From the NCBI GenBank assembly GCA_041737595.1, contig JBGSRK010000011.1:2658-66657 (forward strand): 64,000 nucleotides of DNA, written 5' to 3'. The translations under genes were made by a program, and so were the position numbers. This document shows positions 19,341 through 29,259 of the stretch, piece after piece. Source of the stretch: Patescibacteria group bacterium. Lineage in GTDB: Bacteria > Patescibacteriota > CPR2 > UBA1875. Position 1 is the first letter of the stretch. The number at the start of each line of letters is the position of its first letter. Under the pieces are notes generated by a model. The model was not told where the DNA came from. It saw only the letters and a list, made by a program, of their open reading frames with translations, and searched no databases.

Positions 19341-21113
19341 ATGAATAAATTTTTGTTAAAGGTTTTTTTAATTAGTTTTGTTTTTATTTTTTGTCTAATC
19401 CCATTTAATACCTTTTCAGCTTCAAATGAAGTAGTGCGTGATTTTTCTGGGACGTATAGAATAAATAAAGACGCTACAGTTTCAGCTACTGAAAAAATAG
19501 TTTATGATTTTGGTATTCAAAAAAGACATGGGATATATAGATATATACCCTATAAATACCCCATTGAAAAAGGCACAAGAATTGTTGAATTTTCTTCTAT
19601 CAAAGTTAAAGATTCGGCTGGGAATAATATTAATTTTACTAAAAAATATTCTAATCAAAATTTTGAGATAAAAATCGGTAACGCAGATGAATACGTAACC
19701 GGCGAAATTACATATATTATTGATTATCAGATAAACGGGGCTATAAATTATTTTGATTCATATGATGAATTTTATTGGAACGTTACTGGCAATGGGTGGG
19801 AAGTCCCAATTGAAAAAGCTTCAGGAACAGTATATTTCCCAGATGGAACAGAAGAGTCGACGGCGAAAATAAAATGTTTTTCTGGTAGTTACAATTCAAA
19901 AACTGAATGTGATACTAAAAATACCGGGATAATAACAAATGAGACTTTAGCTAACTATAACCAAAGTAATTTATCAGCTGGCCAGGGTCTTACTATCGTA
20001 AATGGGTTTCCAAAAGAATTGGTTGCCTTTCGTGAACCCATCATGGATAGAGGGATTCTTAATGGTTATTCTTGGTGGCTTATTGTTTTAGGTGCGATTA
20101 TAATATTTGCCATACCACTATTAACTTTTATATGGATGTTTTTAACTTGGGTTAAGAGTGGGCGTGACCCAAAAATCAATAGTGCTTATCCGGCCCAATT
20201 TGACCCTCCAAAAAATATGACCCCAATTGAAATTGGAGCAATTATAAAAGATAAAATTGATAATAAACTCGCGAGCGCGGAGTTAATTTATCTTGCCCAA
20301 AAAGGTTATTTGACAATTAATAAGATCCAGAAAAAAATATTAATGTTTAAACAAGAAGATTACGAAATTGTAAAAATAAAAGATTTTGATAATAAATTAA
20401 ATGAATATGATATAAGTTTTTTTACTTCATTAATGGATGGGAAAGAAAAAATAACAATTTCTGAAATGAAAAATTCCAGCAGCAAAGGAGTAATAGATAA
20501 TTTTAAAAAATTAAAAAAACAAGTTTTTGCGAGTCTTACCAAATCTGGATATTATGTAAAATCTCCTCATGAAGTTCAGTTAAAATATTTTGGAATTGCT
20601 GGAGGTTTCTTAACAGCTGGTTTTATTATTACATTTATATTCTCAATTGCTTTTGTTTTTTCAATTGGGCTTTTTCTATCCGCCGGGATTGTCGCACTTT
20701 TTGCAATAATTATGCCAGCAAAAACAATTGAAGGTACAAAAATGAAAGAATACGTTTTAGGGTTTAGAGAATATTTATCGGTTGCAGAAAAAGATCGGTT
20801 AAAAATATTAAATGCACCAAAAGCAGACCCAGAAAGATTTGAAAGTCTACTTTCATATGCAATTGCACTTGGGGTAGAAAAAGAGTGGGCGAAAAAGTTT
20901 GAAGGTATATATAACCAATCACCGTCTTGGTATTCTGACCCTAATAATGCAGTCTTTAATGCAATAGTTCTAACAAGTATTATGGATGATTTTGGAACTG
21001 GATTTAATGGAGCAGTTTTTGCTTCTGCAGCAGCCGCAGGCTCAAGTGGTTTTTCAGGCGGCGGAGGATTTTCTGGTGGTGGGTTTGGCGGCGGAGGCGG
21101 AGGGTCTTGGTAA
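19341..21113 (+). CDS. DUF2207-family membrane protein with a C-terminal Gly-rich tail
   Basis: Signal/TM segment, extracellular N-domain, central TM pair and a GGGGFSGGGFGGGGGGSW tail, as seen in DUF2207 proteins. Confidence 0.6.
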   Translation: MNKFLLKVFLISFVFIFCLIPFNTFSASNEVVRDFSGTYRINKDATVSATEKIVYDFGIQKRHGIYRYIPYKYPIEKGTRIVEFSSIKVKDSAGNNINFTKKYSNQNFEIKIGNADEYVTGEITYIIDYQINGAINYFDSYDEFYWNVTGNGWEVPIEKASGTVYFPDGTEESTAKIKCFSGSYNSKTECDTKNTGIITNETLANYNQSNLSAGQGLTIVNGFPKELVAFREPIMDRGILNGYSWWLIVLGAIIIFAIPLLTFIWMFLTWVKSGRDPKINSAYPAQFDPPKNMTPIEIGAIIKDKIDNKLASAELIYLAQKGYLTINKIQKKILMFKQEDYEIVKIKDFDNKLNEYDISFFTSLMDGKEKITISEMKNSSSKGVIDNFKKLKKQVFASLTKSGYYVKSPHEVQLKYFGIAGGFLTAGFIITFIFSIAFVFSIGLFLSAGIVALFAIIMPAKTIEGTKMKEYVLGFREYLSVAEKDRLKILNAPKADPERFESLLSYAIALGVEKEWAKKFEGIYNQSPSWYSDPNNAVFNAIVLTSIMDDFGTGFNGAVFASAAAAGSSGFSGGGGFSGGGFGGGGGGSW

Positions 21114-21527
21114 TTAAAAGCCTGCTTCGTCTAGCGCTTCATTAACTAACTTGTCAGCTTCTTTATTAAATTCACGTCGGATATGGCTAAAGGTGATATT
21201 TTTAAAAAATATTAAATCTTTAATTTGATTAAATAACTCTTTCATGCCAGGCTCTTTAACTTTATATACGCCTGTAAGTTGTTTAACAACAAGCTCAGAA
21301 TCAAGACGACATTCAATTTCTTCAGGTTCAAACTTTTGAGCTCTTTTTATTGCTATGACAAGCGCGGTATATTCTGCGACGTTGTTTGTTGCTTTACCAA
21401 TATATTCCTTATGTTCTTCAATTATATTGCCTAATTCATCATAAATAACAATGCCAATACCAGCTGGGCCAGGGTTATTGCGTGAACCGCCGTCTGTGTT
21501 TATTATTAATTTTTTATATTTTTTCAT
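21114..21527 (-). CDS. rnhA: ribonuclease HI
   Basis: INTDGGSRNNPGPAGIGIVI...EYTALVIAIK and the catalytic DEDD residues. Confidence 0.85.
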   Translation of the reverse strand: MKKYKKLIINTDGGSRNNPGPAGIGIVIYDELGNIIEEHKEYIGKATNNVAEYTALVIAIKRAQKFEPEEIECRLDSELVVKQLTGVYKVKEPGMKELFNQIKDLIFFKNITFSHIRREFNKEADKLVNEALDEAGF

Positions 21528-21676
21528 TACTTATCTATTTTAATGGCAAACCTAAAAATATGGAAATATATTATTTTTTACTTGAAATAAATTGTGAAAA
21601 GTAGGATAATTTAACTACAGTTTAAGGGGGAAAGAGGGCATCAGTACTTATCAAAAAAAACCCAACCTATTTTTTA

Positions 21677-21876
21677 AGATATTCAAGAAAATATCTAGTT
21701 TTTTTGTATTATCATCTCGACTTTGTTTTGTCATTCTGAGCGTAGCGAAGAATCTAAATTTAGATCCTTCACATTTGTTCAGGATGACATATAGGGGAGG
21801 GGTTAATGTTTAAAAAGATATTCAAGAAAATATCTCGTACTTTAGTATTGTCATCCCGAGTGAAATCGAGGGATCT
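21677..21876. repeat. cluster of short palindromic repeat modules (family 1) plus a 20-bp direct repeat
   Basis: agatattcaagaaaatatct at 21677-21696 and 21816-21835. Module A tgtcattctgagcgtagcgaagaatct at 21729-21755. Module B gatccttcacatttgttcaggatgaca at 21763-21789. Variant ttgtcatcccgagtgaaatcgagggatct at 21848-21876. The same modules occur at 51731-51890 and 52225-52413. Confidence 0.85.
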
Positions 21877-21982
21877 AGGCTTTAAAGGGTTGCACCCTTT
21901 TAAAAAGGGACTGTCCCTTTTTAAGGGGTTCCATCAATTAAGGTTTAAAACAACTTTCCATCTTCACCTTAAAGCTTCAAGG

Positions 21983-24900
21983 ATGAATTGGTATAAAAGG
22001 TGGCATGATTACAAATTTTCACACCATGTACACTCTGCAACTGCAGTAGTGGCAATTTTTACATTAATTTTTTCTTTATTCATATTCCCTCATGAGACAA
22101 AAGCTTCACTTGTCGAAACAACCAAAACAATTACCAGTGAAAATGATTTTAATTTAGGTAGTCATTCTAATACCGAAACAACAAATATTTCTGGAGGCGA
22201 GGTTAGGCTTGAAACAATAGAAAATTGGTGGAATACATCTTGGACCAAAAGAAAAGAAATAACTGTTACAAATAGTAACCCTACTGTTTTAACTGATTAT
22301 GAATTAAAAATCACCACTAGTTATGATTCTGATATGCAAGCAGATTTTGATGATTTGCGATTTACTAATTTAGCTGGTACAGAACTTGGTTATTGGATTG
22401 AAACTAAAACCAATAGTGTTTCAGCTAACGTTTGGGTGAAAATAAATTCATTAGCAGCATCCAGCGATACAAAAATTTATGTTTATTATGGGAACAATAG
22501 TGTTTCCACTACAAGTAATAAAACAGTTATTTCTCCAATTGTAACGTCTGGCGGGACAACAACTACTTCTGGTTCAGCTGTAATTCATAAATTCACATCA
22601 ACAGGAACATTCACGGTTAGTGGTGGGAGCGGAACTGTCGAGGCACTTGTGGTTGCTGGCGGCGGTGGTGGAGGAGGGCGAATGGGTGGCGGCGGCGGAG
22701 CTGGAGGGTTGCTTTATAATGCAACATTACCGGTTAGTTCTCAGAGTTATACAGCTACAATAGGTGGCGGCGGTGCGGGCGGATATTCAGCTGCATCAGG
22801 TGTAAAAGGTTCAAATTCAGTTTTTAGTACACTCACTGCGATTGGCGGGGGAGGAGGCGGTTATTATAGTAATGTGGCTGGCATTACAGGTGGTTCTGGT
22901 GGTGGTGGTGGTGGCTCTTCAAGCACTACAACTGGGTCTGCTGGAGGATCAGAAACTTCTGGACAAGGATATTCAGGGGGTAGATCAGGTGGTTCTTCTT
23001 ATAAATACGATGGAGGTGGTGGTGGAGGTGCTGGTGGTTTAGGACAAGATGGTCAATCAAATCGAGGTGGGAATGGTGGGGTTGGTAAACAATATTCAAT
23101 CTCTGGTGTTACTACCTATTATGCAGGAGGTGGAGGTGGCGGCGGTTACTATTATTCCCCTTACTGCACAGCTACAAGTGTTGGTGGTTTGGGTGGAGGC
23201 GGTGCAGGTAATTGCCTGTCTGGTGGAAATGGTACAGCTGGTACTGCAAATACTGGCGGTGGTGGAGGCGGTGCAGGCTATTCAACTGGTAGAGGTGGTG
23301 CTGGTGGCTCAGGTATTGTAATTATCCGTTATGATTTTCGCACTCCAGCAGCCGTGGAACCTACTTTTACGTTTGGGAATGAAATTGCTTCTATAACATC
23401 TTCCGGTACATGGCAATCACCAACAGATATTGAAAATGGAGCAATTGACCTTATTTGGAATGGAGGATGGGGGACTCCAAACGGGTTAGAAGTAGACGTC
23501 ACAATCCCAACTAATTCTTTAATTAATTTTGAAATTCGTTCAAGTGCCATTGGTGGAGCTTCAGATGGCGACTGGTCTTCTTGGCAAAATATTGGCTCAG
23601 CGACCCCCGGAACAACTACTTATATGGTTACAAATGGGAATATGCCGAGTAATGCGAATTTACCAATTGGGACTAATCGATATGTACAATTAAGAGCAAA
23701 TTTAAGTAGTTCTGATGGAGTAGGCAACCCTCAATTAAAAGAAATGCGGCTTATCTATATGGCAGATAATAATGCACCAACAAACCCTAATTTAGTAGAA
23801 GGGTTTAAAGATGATTCTAAAAATAATACTGTTTCCGATGAAAATTGGTCAAATTCAAACACCCCATACTTTGAATGGACTGGAGAAGCTGATGGCCCTG
23901 GTGAATCTGGTATAGATGGTTATTGGGTATATTTTGGAACAGACCCAACAGCCGATCCTATGACTGCTGGAGCTTGGCAGGTCACAAATACATACCAAGC
24001 AAGTATTGATGAAGCTCAATCAGGGAAAACATATTATTTATGCATATCTACTCAAGATGAGGCATTAAACCGTTATTTAAATGGTGATCCAAATTATTTT
24101 AAAACATTCACTTACAAATTTGATAAAACCTTACCTCAGAATCCTTCAAATGTTACAGTTGACCCTTTTGGGTGGGCAACAGTTAATGAATTTGATTTTA
24201 ATTGGAATGCAGGGTCTGACCCAATGTTTAATGGTGATGCATCTGGGATTGCGGGTTATCAATACCGAGTCGGAGATACAGGTGACTGGAGTGTTACAGT
24301 AACAGATAGATCACTCAATAATGTAATTGCTTATCAAAATGGAGAAAATAACTTTTATTTAAGAACAGTTGATAACGCAGGGAATATTTCCGAACCTCCT
24401 GCACAAATAATTTACAGATACAATGCAGATGCACCTGAGAAACCAACATATCTTACTGTAAATCCTCAATCATCTCAGGAAAATAGTTTTACTTTTGAAT
24501 GGGACCTACCAGATTCATATAATGGCTCAATTAAAAAATATTATTATTCTGTAAATGCTATACCATCAGAAAATAATTCAGTTCAAATTAGTGTAAATAA
24601 CCCTCCTTCAAATGTGACAATTGATGGTGAGGGCCATGTAATACTTGATTCAATCACTGCTGCATCACAACAAGGTTTAAATACTTTTTATGTTGTAGCA
24701 ATGGATGATACAGAAAATATTAACTTTAATAATTATGAACAAATCCAATTTGAATGTAATACTCCTGCCCCTGGTTCTCCAACATCAGTTAAAATATTTG
24801 ATACCTCTGACAGAGAAGAACAAGAATATTCAATAGCACTTTCATGGAAAGAACCGACATTTACTGGGGTTGGTTTTTCCGGTTATATAATTGAACGTTC

Positions 24901-26281
24901 TGATGATAATAATCATTTTGATGTCATTGGAGCTGGTTCCTCACCTTCATTTATAGATATTGAACTTGAAAGTAGAACATATTATTATCGTGTTCTTTCA
25001 AAAGATAATTCAGGTAATGTTTCAGCCCCAAGTACTGTTGTTTCTATTGTCCCAACCGGTAAATATACTACCCCACCTGAACTTACTGATGGTCCAACAA
25101 TTGAATACAAGATTTCTTCAGCCAAAGTTTCTTGGCTTACAGATAGAGAAGCTTCATCATTTGTAGAAATAGGTGAAAATACAAATTATGGTTTAACCCA
25201 GGGTCAATTTGATTTTTTGAAAAAACATGAAGTAAATTTAGATAATTTAAAACCTGATACAATTTATCATTACAGAGTCAAATATGTAGATCAAGATGGT
25301 AATATTGGATATTCAGCTGATTCTACCTTTAAAACAGAACCAGCCCCAAGAGCAGCAAATGTAGAAATTTTTGATATCAGATTAACAACTGCTGTTATAA
25401 ATTGGAACACAACGGCCCCTGCAGAGTGTAGTGTCCTTATTGGTAAAAATTCAAATTATTCAACTACTATCGAAAATGTTTCAGGTGGGTTTACTAAATC
25501 CCACTCTGTTAGACTTTCGGATTTAGAACATTCATCGCTTTATCATTTTGCAATAAGAATAAAAGATATTGATGATAATGAAGTTATTTCAGATGATTAT
25601 TCCTTTGAGACATTAAAATTTCCTAAAGTATCTTTAGTAAGGCTTGAACCGATTAAAGATGCTTCAACTGCAACCATGAAATTTACCTGGACAACTAATG
25701 TTCCAACAACATCGGTGATAGAATATACTCCTCAAGGTGGACGAACACAAGAAGCTGTTAGTTCGAAATTAATAACTACACATGAGTTAACGATTCCAGG
25801 GCTTCAAGATAATACCCCATATGTCGTTCAAATTCTAGGAAGAGATCAATTTGGGAATCAACCAATTTCTGATAGACAGACATTTAAAACAGATTTTGAT
25901 ACTAGACCACCAAAAGTTAGTAATGTAACCAGTGAGTCAGAAATTCTTGGTTATGGTCTTGAAGCAAAAGGGCAACTTGTTGTTTACTGGGAAACAGATG
26001 AACCATCAACTTCTCAGGTTGAGTTTGGAATAGGCTCAAATAGTTCTTCTTACACAAATAAGACCCAAGAAGATACAAATTATGTTACATCACATGTAGT
26101 TATTGTTTCAGATTTAAAAACATCTGCTCCTTATCATATTCGTACTGCTTCGAAAGATCAATCTGGGAATGTTGGTTATTCAGAAGACCGTTCTACTCTT
26201 ATTGGGCAAGCTAGTAATTCAGTCTTTGATATAATAGTAGAAACATTAAATGCTACACTTGGCTGGTTATTTAGGCTATAA
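21983..26281 (+). CDS. giant cell-surface protein: N-terminal TM anchor, DUF2341 (concanavalin-like) domain, Gly-rich beta-helix-like region, then multiple fibronectin-III / purple-acid-phosphatase-N-like repeats
   Basis: WNTSWTKRKEITV...LGYWIETK...VWVKINSL...IYVYYGN matches DUF2341. ALVVAGGGGGGG...GGGGAGG...IVIIRYDF is a Gly-rich domain. At least five repeats have the pattern W.TDEPS...VEYG...Y...H.V.LSDLKP.T.YHYR. The ORF-track start at 21806 is inside the repeat/palindrome zone. The first plausible start is ATG at 21983 (MNWYKRW...TM), but the exact start is uncertain. Confidence 0.65.
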   Translation: MNWYKRWHDYKFSHHVHSATAVVAIFTLIFSLFIFPHETKASLVETTKTITSENDFNLGSHSNTETTNISGGEVRLETIENWWNTSWTKRKEITVTNSNPTVLTDYELKITTSYDSDMQADFDDLRFTNLAGTELGYWIETKTNSVSANVWVKINSLAASSDTKIYVYYGNNSVSTTSNKTVISPIVTSGGTTTTSGSAVIHKFTSTGTFTVSGGSGTVEALVVAGGGGGGGRMGGGGGAGGLLYNATLPVSSQSYTATIGGGGAGGYSAASGVKGSNSVFSTLTAIGGGGGGYYSNVAGITGGSGGGGGGSSSTTTGSAGGSETSGQGYSGGRSGGSSYKYDGGGGGGAGGLGQDGQSNRGGNGGVGKQYSISGVTTYYAGGGGGGGYYYSPYCTATSVGGLGGGGAGNCLSGGNGTAGTANTGGGGGGAGYSTGRGGAGGSGIVIIRYDFRTPAAVEPTFTFGNEIASITSSGTWQSPTDIENGAIDLIWNGGWGTPNGLEVDVTIPTNSLINFEIRSSAIGGASDGDWSSWQNIGSATPGTTTYMVTNGNMPSNANLPIGTNRYVQLRANLSSSDGVGNPQLKEMRLIYMADNNAPTNPNLVEGFKDDSKNNTVSDENWSNSNTPYFEWTGEADGPGESGIDGYWVYFGTDPTADPMTAGAWQVTNTYQASIDEAQSGKTYYLCISTQDEALNRYLNGDPNYFKTFTYKFDKTLPQNPSNVTVDPFGWATVNEFDFNWNAGSDPMFNGDASGIAGYQYRVGDTGDWSVTVTDRSLNNVIAYQNGENNFYLRTVDNAGNISEPPAQIIYRYNADAPEKPTYLTVNPQSSQENSFTFEWDLPDSYNGSIKKYYYSVNAIPSENNSVQISVNNPPSNVTIDGEGHVILDSITAASQQGLNTFYVVAMDDTENINFNNYEQIQFECNTPAPGSPTSVKIFDTSDREEQEYSIALSWKEPTFTGVGFSGYIIERSDDNNHFDVIGAGSSPSFIDIELESRTYYYRVLSKDNSGNVSAPSTVVSIVPTGKYTTPPELTDGPTIEYKISSAKVSWLTDREASSFVEIGENTNYGLTQGQFDFLKKHEVNLDNLKPDTIYHYRVKYVDQDGNIGYSADSTFKTEPAPRAANVEIFDIRLTTAVINWNTTAPAECSVLIGKNSNYSTTIENVSGGFTKSHSVRLSDLEHSSLYHFAIRIKDIDDNEVISDDYSFETLKFPKVSLVRLEPIKDASTATMKFTWTTNVPTTSVIEYTPQGGRTQEAVSSKLITTHELTIPGLQDNTPYVVQILGRDQFGNQPISDRQTFKTDFDTRPPKVSNVTSESEILGYGLEAKGQLVVYWETDEPSTSQVEFGIGSNSSSYTNKTQEDTNYVTSHVVIVSDLKTSAPYHIRTASKDQSGNVGYSEDRSTLIGQASNSVFDIIVETLNATLGWLFRL

Positions 26282-26306
26282 TATTAGTAATTAAGAGGGG
26301 ATTAAA

Positions 26307-27065
26307 ATAAAAAATAAAAAACCAATAATAGAGATAAAAAAAGTCTATAAATCTTTTAATGTAGGTAAGGGTAAGGTAGATGTATTAAAGGATATAAATT
26401 TAGAAATTTATCCTGGAGAATTTGTTATTCTTTTTGGACCTTCTGGTTGTGGTAAATCAACTCTTTTAAATACAATTGTTGGTCTTGAAACACCGACATC
26501 GGGCGAGGTTAGTGTACGTGGTAAAAACTTTTATGGGATGAAAGAAAATGACCGGACAATTTTTCGACGTAAAAAGTTTGGGATTGTTTATCAACAACCA
26601 AACTGGGTTAAATCACTTAATGTTCTCGATAATGTCGCATTCCCGTTATGCCTCTCTGGTTCAAGTGAAAAAAAAGCAAAAGAAAGAGCAAAAAATTTAT
26701 TGAATCTTTTCCGTTTAGAGGAATTTGAAAAAAATGTTCCAACAGAACTTTCCGGTGGTCAACAACAAAGAGTATCTGCCGCAAGGTCTCTTATAGCAAA
26801 TCCATGGATAATAATTGCAGATGAACCAACTGGTAATCTAGATACAACTTCTGCATCTGATTTAATGTATACTTTTCAATTTTTAAATAATGAATCAAAA
26901 AGAACCGTTATTATGGTAACTCATAACCCAGAATATGAAAAATACGCAACTAAAATTATTAAAATGGAAGACGGTAGAGTCAAGTCTACAAAGATTAAAA
27001 AAGATATTTGTATTAAAGAAGAAGACATTTTACCTGATATTATTCCTGAAGGAGATAAAAAATGA
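26307..27065 (+). CDS. ABC transporter ATP-binding protein (MacB/LolD-like) with an apparent non-ATG start
   Basis: The Walker A motif GPSGCGKST and the conserved N-terminus IIEIKKVYKSF lie in-frame upstream of the first ATG at 26538. The frame is open from 26295 and contains no ATG/GTG/TTG. AAGAGGGG Shine-Dalgarno at 26293-26300 is followed by ATT at 26301 and ATA at 26307. LSGGQQQRV signature and Walker B IIADEPTGNLD are present. Confidence 0.75.
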   Translation: MKNKKPIIEIKKVYKSFNVGKGKVDVLKDINLEIYPGEFVILFGPSGCGKSTLLNTIVGLETPTSGEVSVRGKNFYGMKENDRTIFRRKKFGIVYQQPNWVKSLNVLDNVAFPLCLSGSSEKKAKERAKNLLNLFRLEEFEKNVPTELSGGQQQRVSAARSLIANPWIIIADEPTGNLDTTSASDLMYTFQFLNNESKRTVIMVTHNPEYEKYATKIIKMEDGRVKSTKIKKDICIKEEDILPDIIPEGDKK

Positions 27066-28264
27066 GTATGAAAAGAACATATTTATATAAGCTTGCCCTT
27101 CTTAATATTGTGGCACATAAATTAAGATCAATATTAACTATATCGGGTGTAGCAATTGGCGTTGGGTTTATTGTGTTTCTTATTTCTCTCGGTTATGGTT
27201 TACAACGAATTTCTACCCAACAAATTGCAAACCTGGAAGCATTACAAATAATAGATGTTACACCAGGTAAATCAAAAATTGTAAAAATTAATGAAGAAGT
27301 TTTGGATAAATTTAAAAAACTTTCAAATGTGAGTGAGGTTACCCCAGAACTTAGTTTAGTAGGGAAAATATCCTATGCCTCTAGTACAACAGAAGGCGTA
27401 ATTTATGGTAAAAATTCTGATTATATAAAACTCGAAGATCCACGATTAGTAACTGGAAGTTTTTATACTAATAATAATTCAGATGGTGCAATTATAAATC
27501 AAACAGCTGTTAAACAACTTGGGTTAAAAGATGATAAAGATGCAATTGGTAAGAAAATTGATTTATCAATAATAATAGGGAAAGATTATTTTGAGGATGC
27601 AGAGAACGATAAAACAGAAGACATAGTAGTCTCTATTTCAGGTGTTTTAGAAAATGAAAGTTCACCTTATGTTTACATCCCATTAGAAAAATACAAGTCA
27701 CTTGGTGTAGTTAATTACAGTTCAGTTAAAGTTAAAGTAGCGAACAAAGAAAGTGTCGATATCACAAAAAAACAACTTGAAAACCTTGGTTTTAAAACCA
27801 CAACTCTAAAAGATACAGTTGACCAAATTAATCAATTTTTTACTATATTTCAATTAATATTACTTTCATTTGGTGTTATTGCAGTAATTGTTGCAGCTCT
27901 GGGTATGTTTAATACTCTTACTATCTCATTACTTGAAAAAACTCGCGAAATATCTTTTATGAAAGTACTTGGGACTGAAACAAATGATATTTGGAGATTA
28001 TTCTTAGGAGAAGCAATTATTATTGGTCTTCTCGGAACAACACTTGGAATACTTGCGGGGACATTAATTGGGTCAGGATTAAATAATTTTTTAATAGATT
28101 TAGCTCAGAAGACAGGCAATAAGCCCGTTGAAATATTTTATACTCCAATTACATTTATCTTAATAATCTTTACTATTTCACTCACAATAAGTATTCTCAC
28201 TGGTATTTATCCAGCTTATCGTGCTACCCGTATTGATCCTCTTGAAGCAATGCGTTACGAATAA
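27062..28264 (+). CDS. ABC transporter permease, FtsX/MacB-type
   Basis: N-terminal TM helix, large periplasmic domain and a C-terminal 3-TM FtsX domain. ATGA overlap with the ATPase gene. Confidence 0.8.
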   Translation: MSMKRTYLYKLALLNIVAHKLRSILTISGVAIGVGFIVFLISLGYGLQRISTQQIANLEALQIIDVTPGKSKIVKINEEVLDKFKKLSNVSEVTPELSLVGKISYASSTTEGVIYGKNSDYIKLEDPRLVTGSFYTNNNSDGAIINQTAVKQLGLKDDKDAIGKKIDLSIIIGKDYFEDAENDKTEDIVVSISGVLENESSPYVYIPLEKYKSLGVVNYSSVKVKVANKESVDITKKQLENLGFKTTTLKDTVDQINQFFTIFQLILLSFGVIAVIVAALGMFNTLTISLLEKTREISFMKVLGTETNDIWRLFLGEAIIIGLLGTTLGILAGTLIGSGLNNFLIDLAQKTGNKPVEIFYTPITFILIIFTISLTISILTGIYPAYRATRIDPLEAMRYE

Positions 28265-28287
28265 TTGAAATTATTTCTCTCTAAAGA

Positions 28288-29250
28288 TTGTATTATAAAG
28301 ACACAAAACCTTTTTTGATTTATAATTGGTTTGGTAATTATTTTATGAGACAACACAGTATAAGATTAAGAAATCAATATAAGCAAAAAAAAGCCAAGAA
28401 AAAAATGTTTGGTCTATTTTTGTTATTTACTTTACTTATATGTCTTAGTTATTTTGGTTATAAATATTATATTCAAGGTAAAACTGATATATTAAATGAC
28501 ACAAAAAATATAGTTGTTCCAATTATAAAAAAAGAACCACCAAAGCCGAAAATTCAAGAGTCAGAACTTCGTGAAAAAATCGCAACTGTTCTTTTGAGTT
28601 ATCCTGGGGTAGATACTACAATTGTAATTTCTGAACCAAAAAATGATGTGCCAATAATTATCGGGAACAATGAGAAATATTTAGGAGCCTCTACTACAAA
28701 ATTAATTTCTGCTATATATTATCTTTCAAAAGTTGAGTCAGGTCAAAGAACACTTACTCAATATTTTGGTAGTTATACCGCAGAATGGCATCTTGCGCAA
28801 CTTATAAATCAAAGTAATAATGCCTCATGGGATATATTTATTAAAAATTTAGGGTATAAAAATATTGAAAATTATGCGCATCAAATTGGAGCAACTTCCT
28901 TTAATAATAATGATAATAGTATAATTGCATCAGACACAAACCTGATTACAAAAAAATTGTATAATGGTGAACTTTTAAATGAAACCCATACTAATCTTTT
29001 ATACTCTTATATGACTGGGACTAACAATGAAGACCTGATTCCAGCATATTTTACTGATGGGACCGAAGTTTTACATAAATATGGGATTTTATATGGTAAT
29101 TTACACGATACGGCGATTGTTAAAGATAAAAATAGTACTTATATTTTAACAATTTATACAAATAGCGATGCAGGGCTTTACTACGAAACAAGAATGCAAC
29201 TTTTCCATGATATTGTTAAACAGGTTTCTTGGTATCAAAATAATAAATAG
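28288..29250 (+). CDS. class-A beta-lactamase-fold serine hydrolase (PBP/beta-lactamase-like), membrane-anchored
   Basis: GASTTKLISAIYYL (SxxK), NQSNNASW (SDN-like) and HKYG (KTG-like), plus an N-terminal TM. Alternative starts exist at 28345 and 28405. Confidence 0.5.
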   Translation: MYYKDTKPFLIYNWFGNYFMRQHSIRLRNQYKQKKAKKKMFGLFLLFTLLICLSYFGYKYYIQGKTDILNDTKNIVVPIIKKEPPKPKIQESELREKIATVLLSYPGVDTTIVISEPKNDVPIIIGNNEKYLGASTTKLISAIYYLSKVESGQRTLTQYFGSYTAEWHLAQLINQSNNASWDIFIKNLGYKNIENYAHQIGATSFNNNDNSIIASDTNLITKKLYNGELLNETHTNLLYSYMTGTNNEDLIPAYFTDGTEVLHKYGILYGNLHDTAIVKDKNSTYILTIYTNSDAGLYYETRMQLFHDIVKQVSWYQNNK

Positions 29251-29259
29251 GGATAATTT

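Noticed and set aside
22842-23321. Several + strand ORFs (66-90 aa) rich in V/L/Q inside the giant surface-protein gene, plus the minus-strand ORF at 23329-23550
   Set aside because: They are alternative-frame readings of the GGT/GGC-rich Gly-repeat DNA and are nested in a long, domain-rich ORF.
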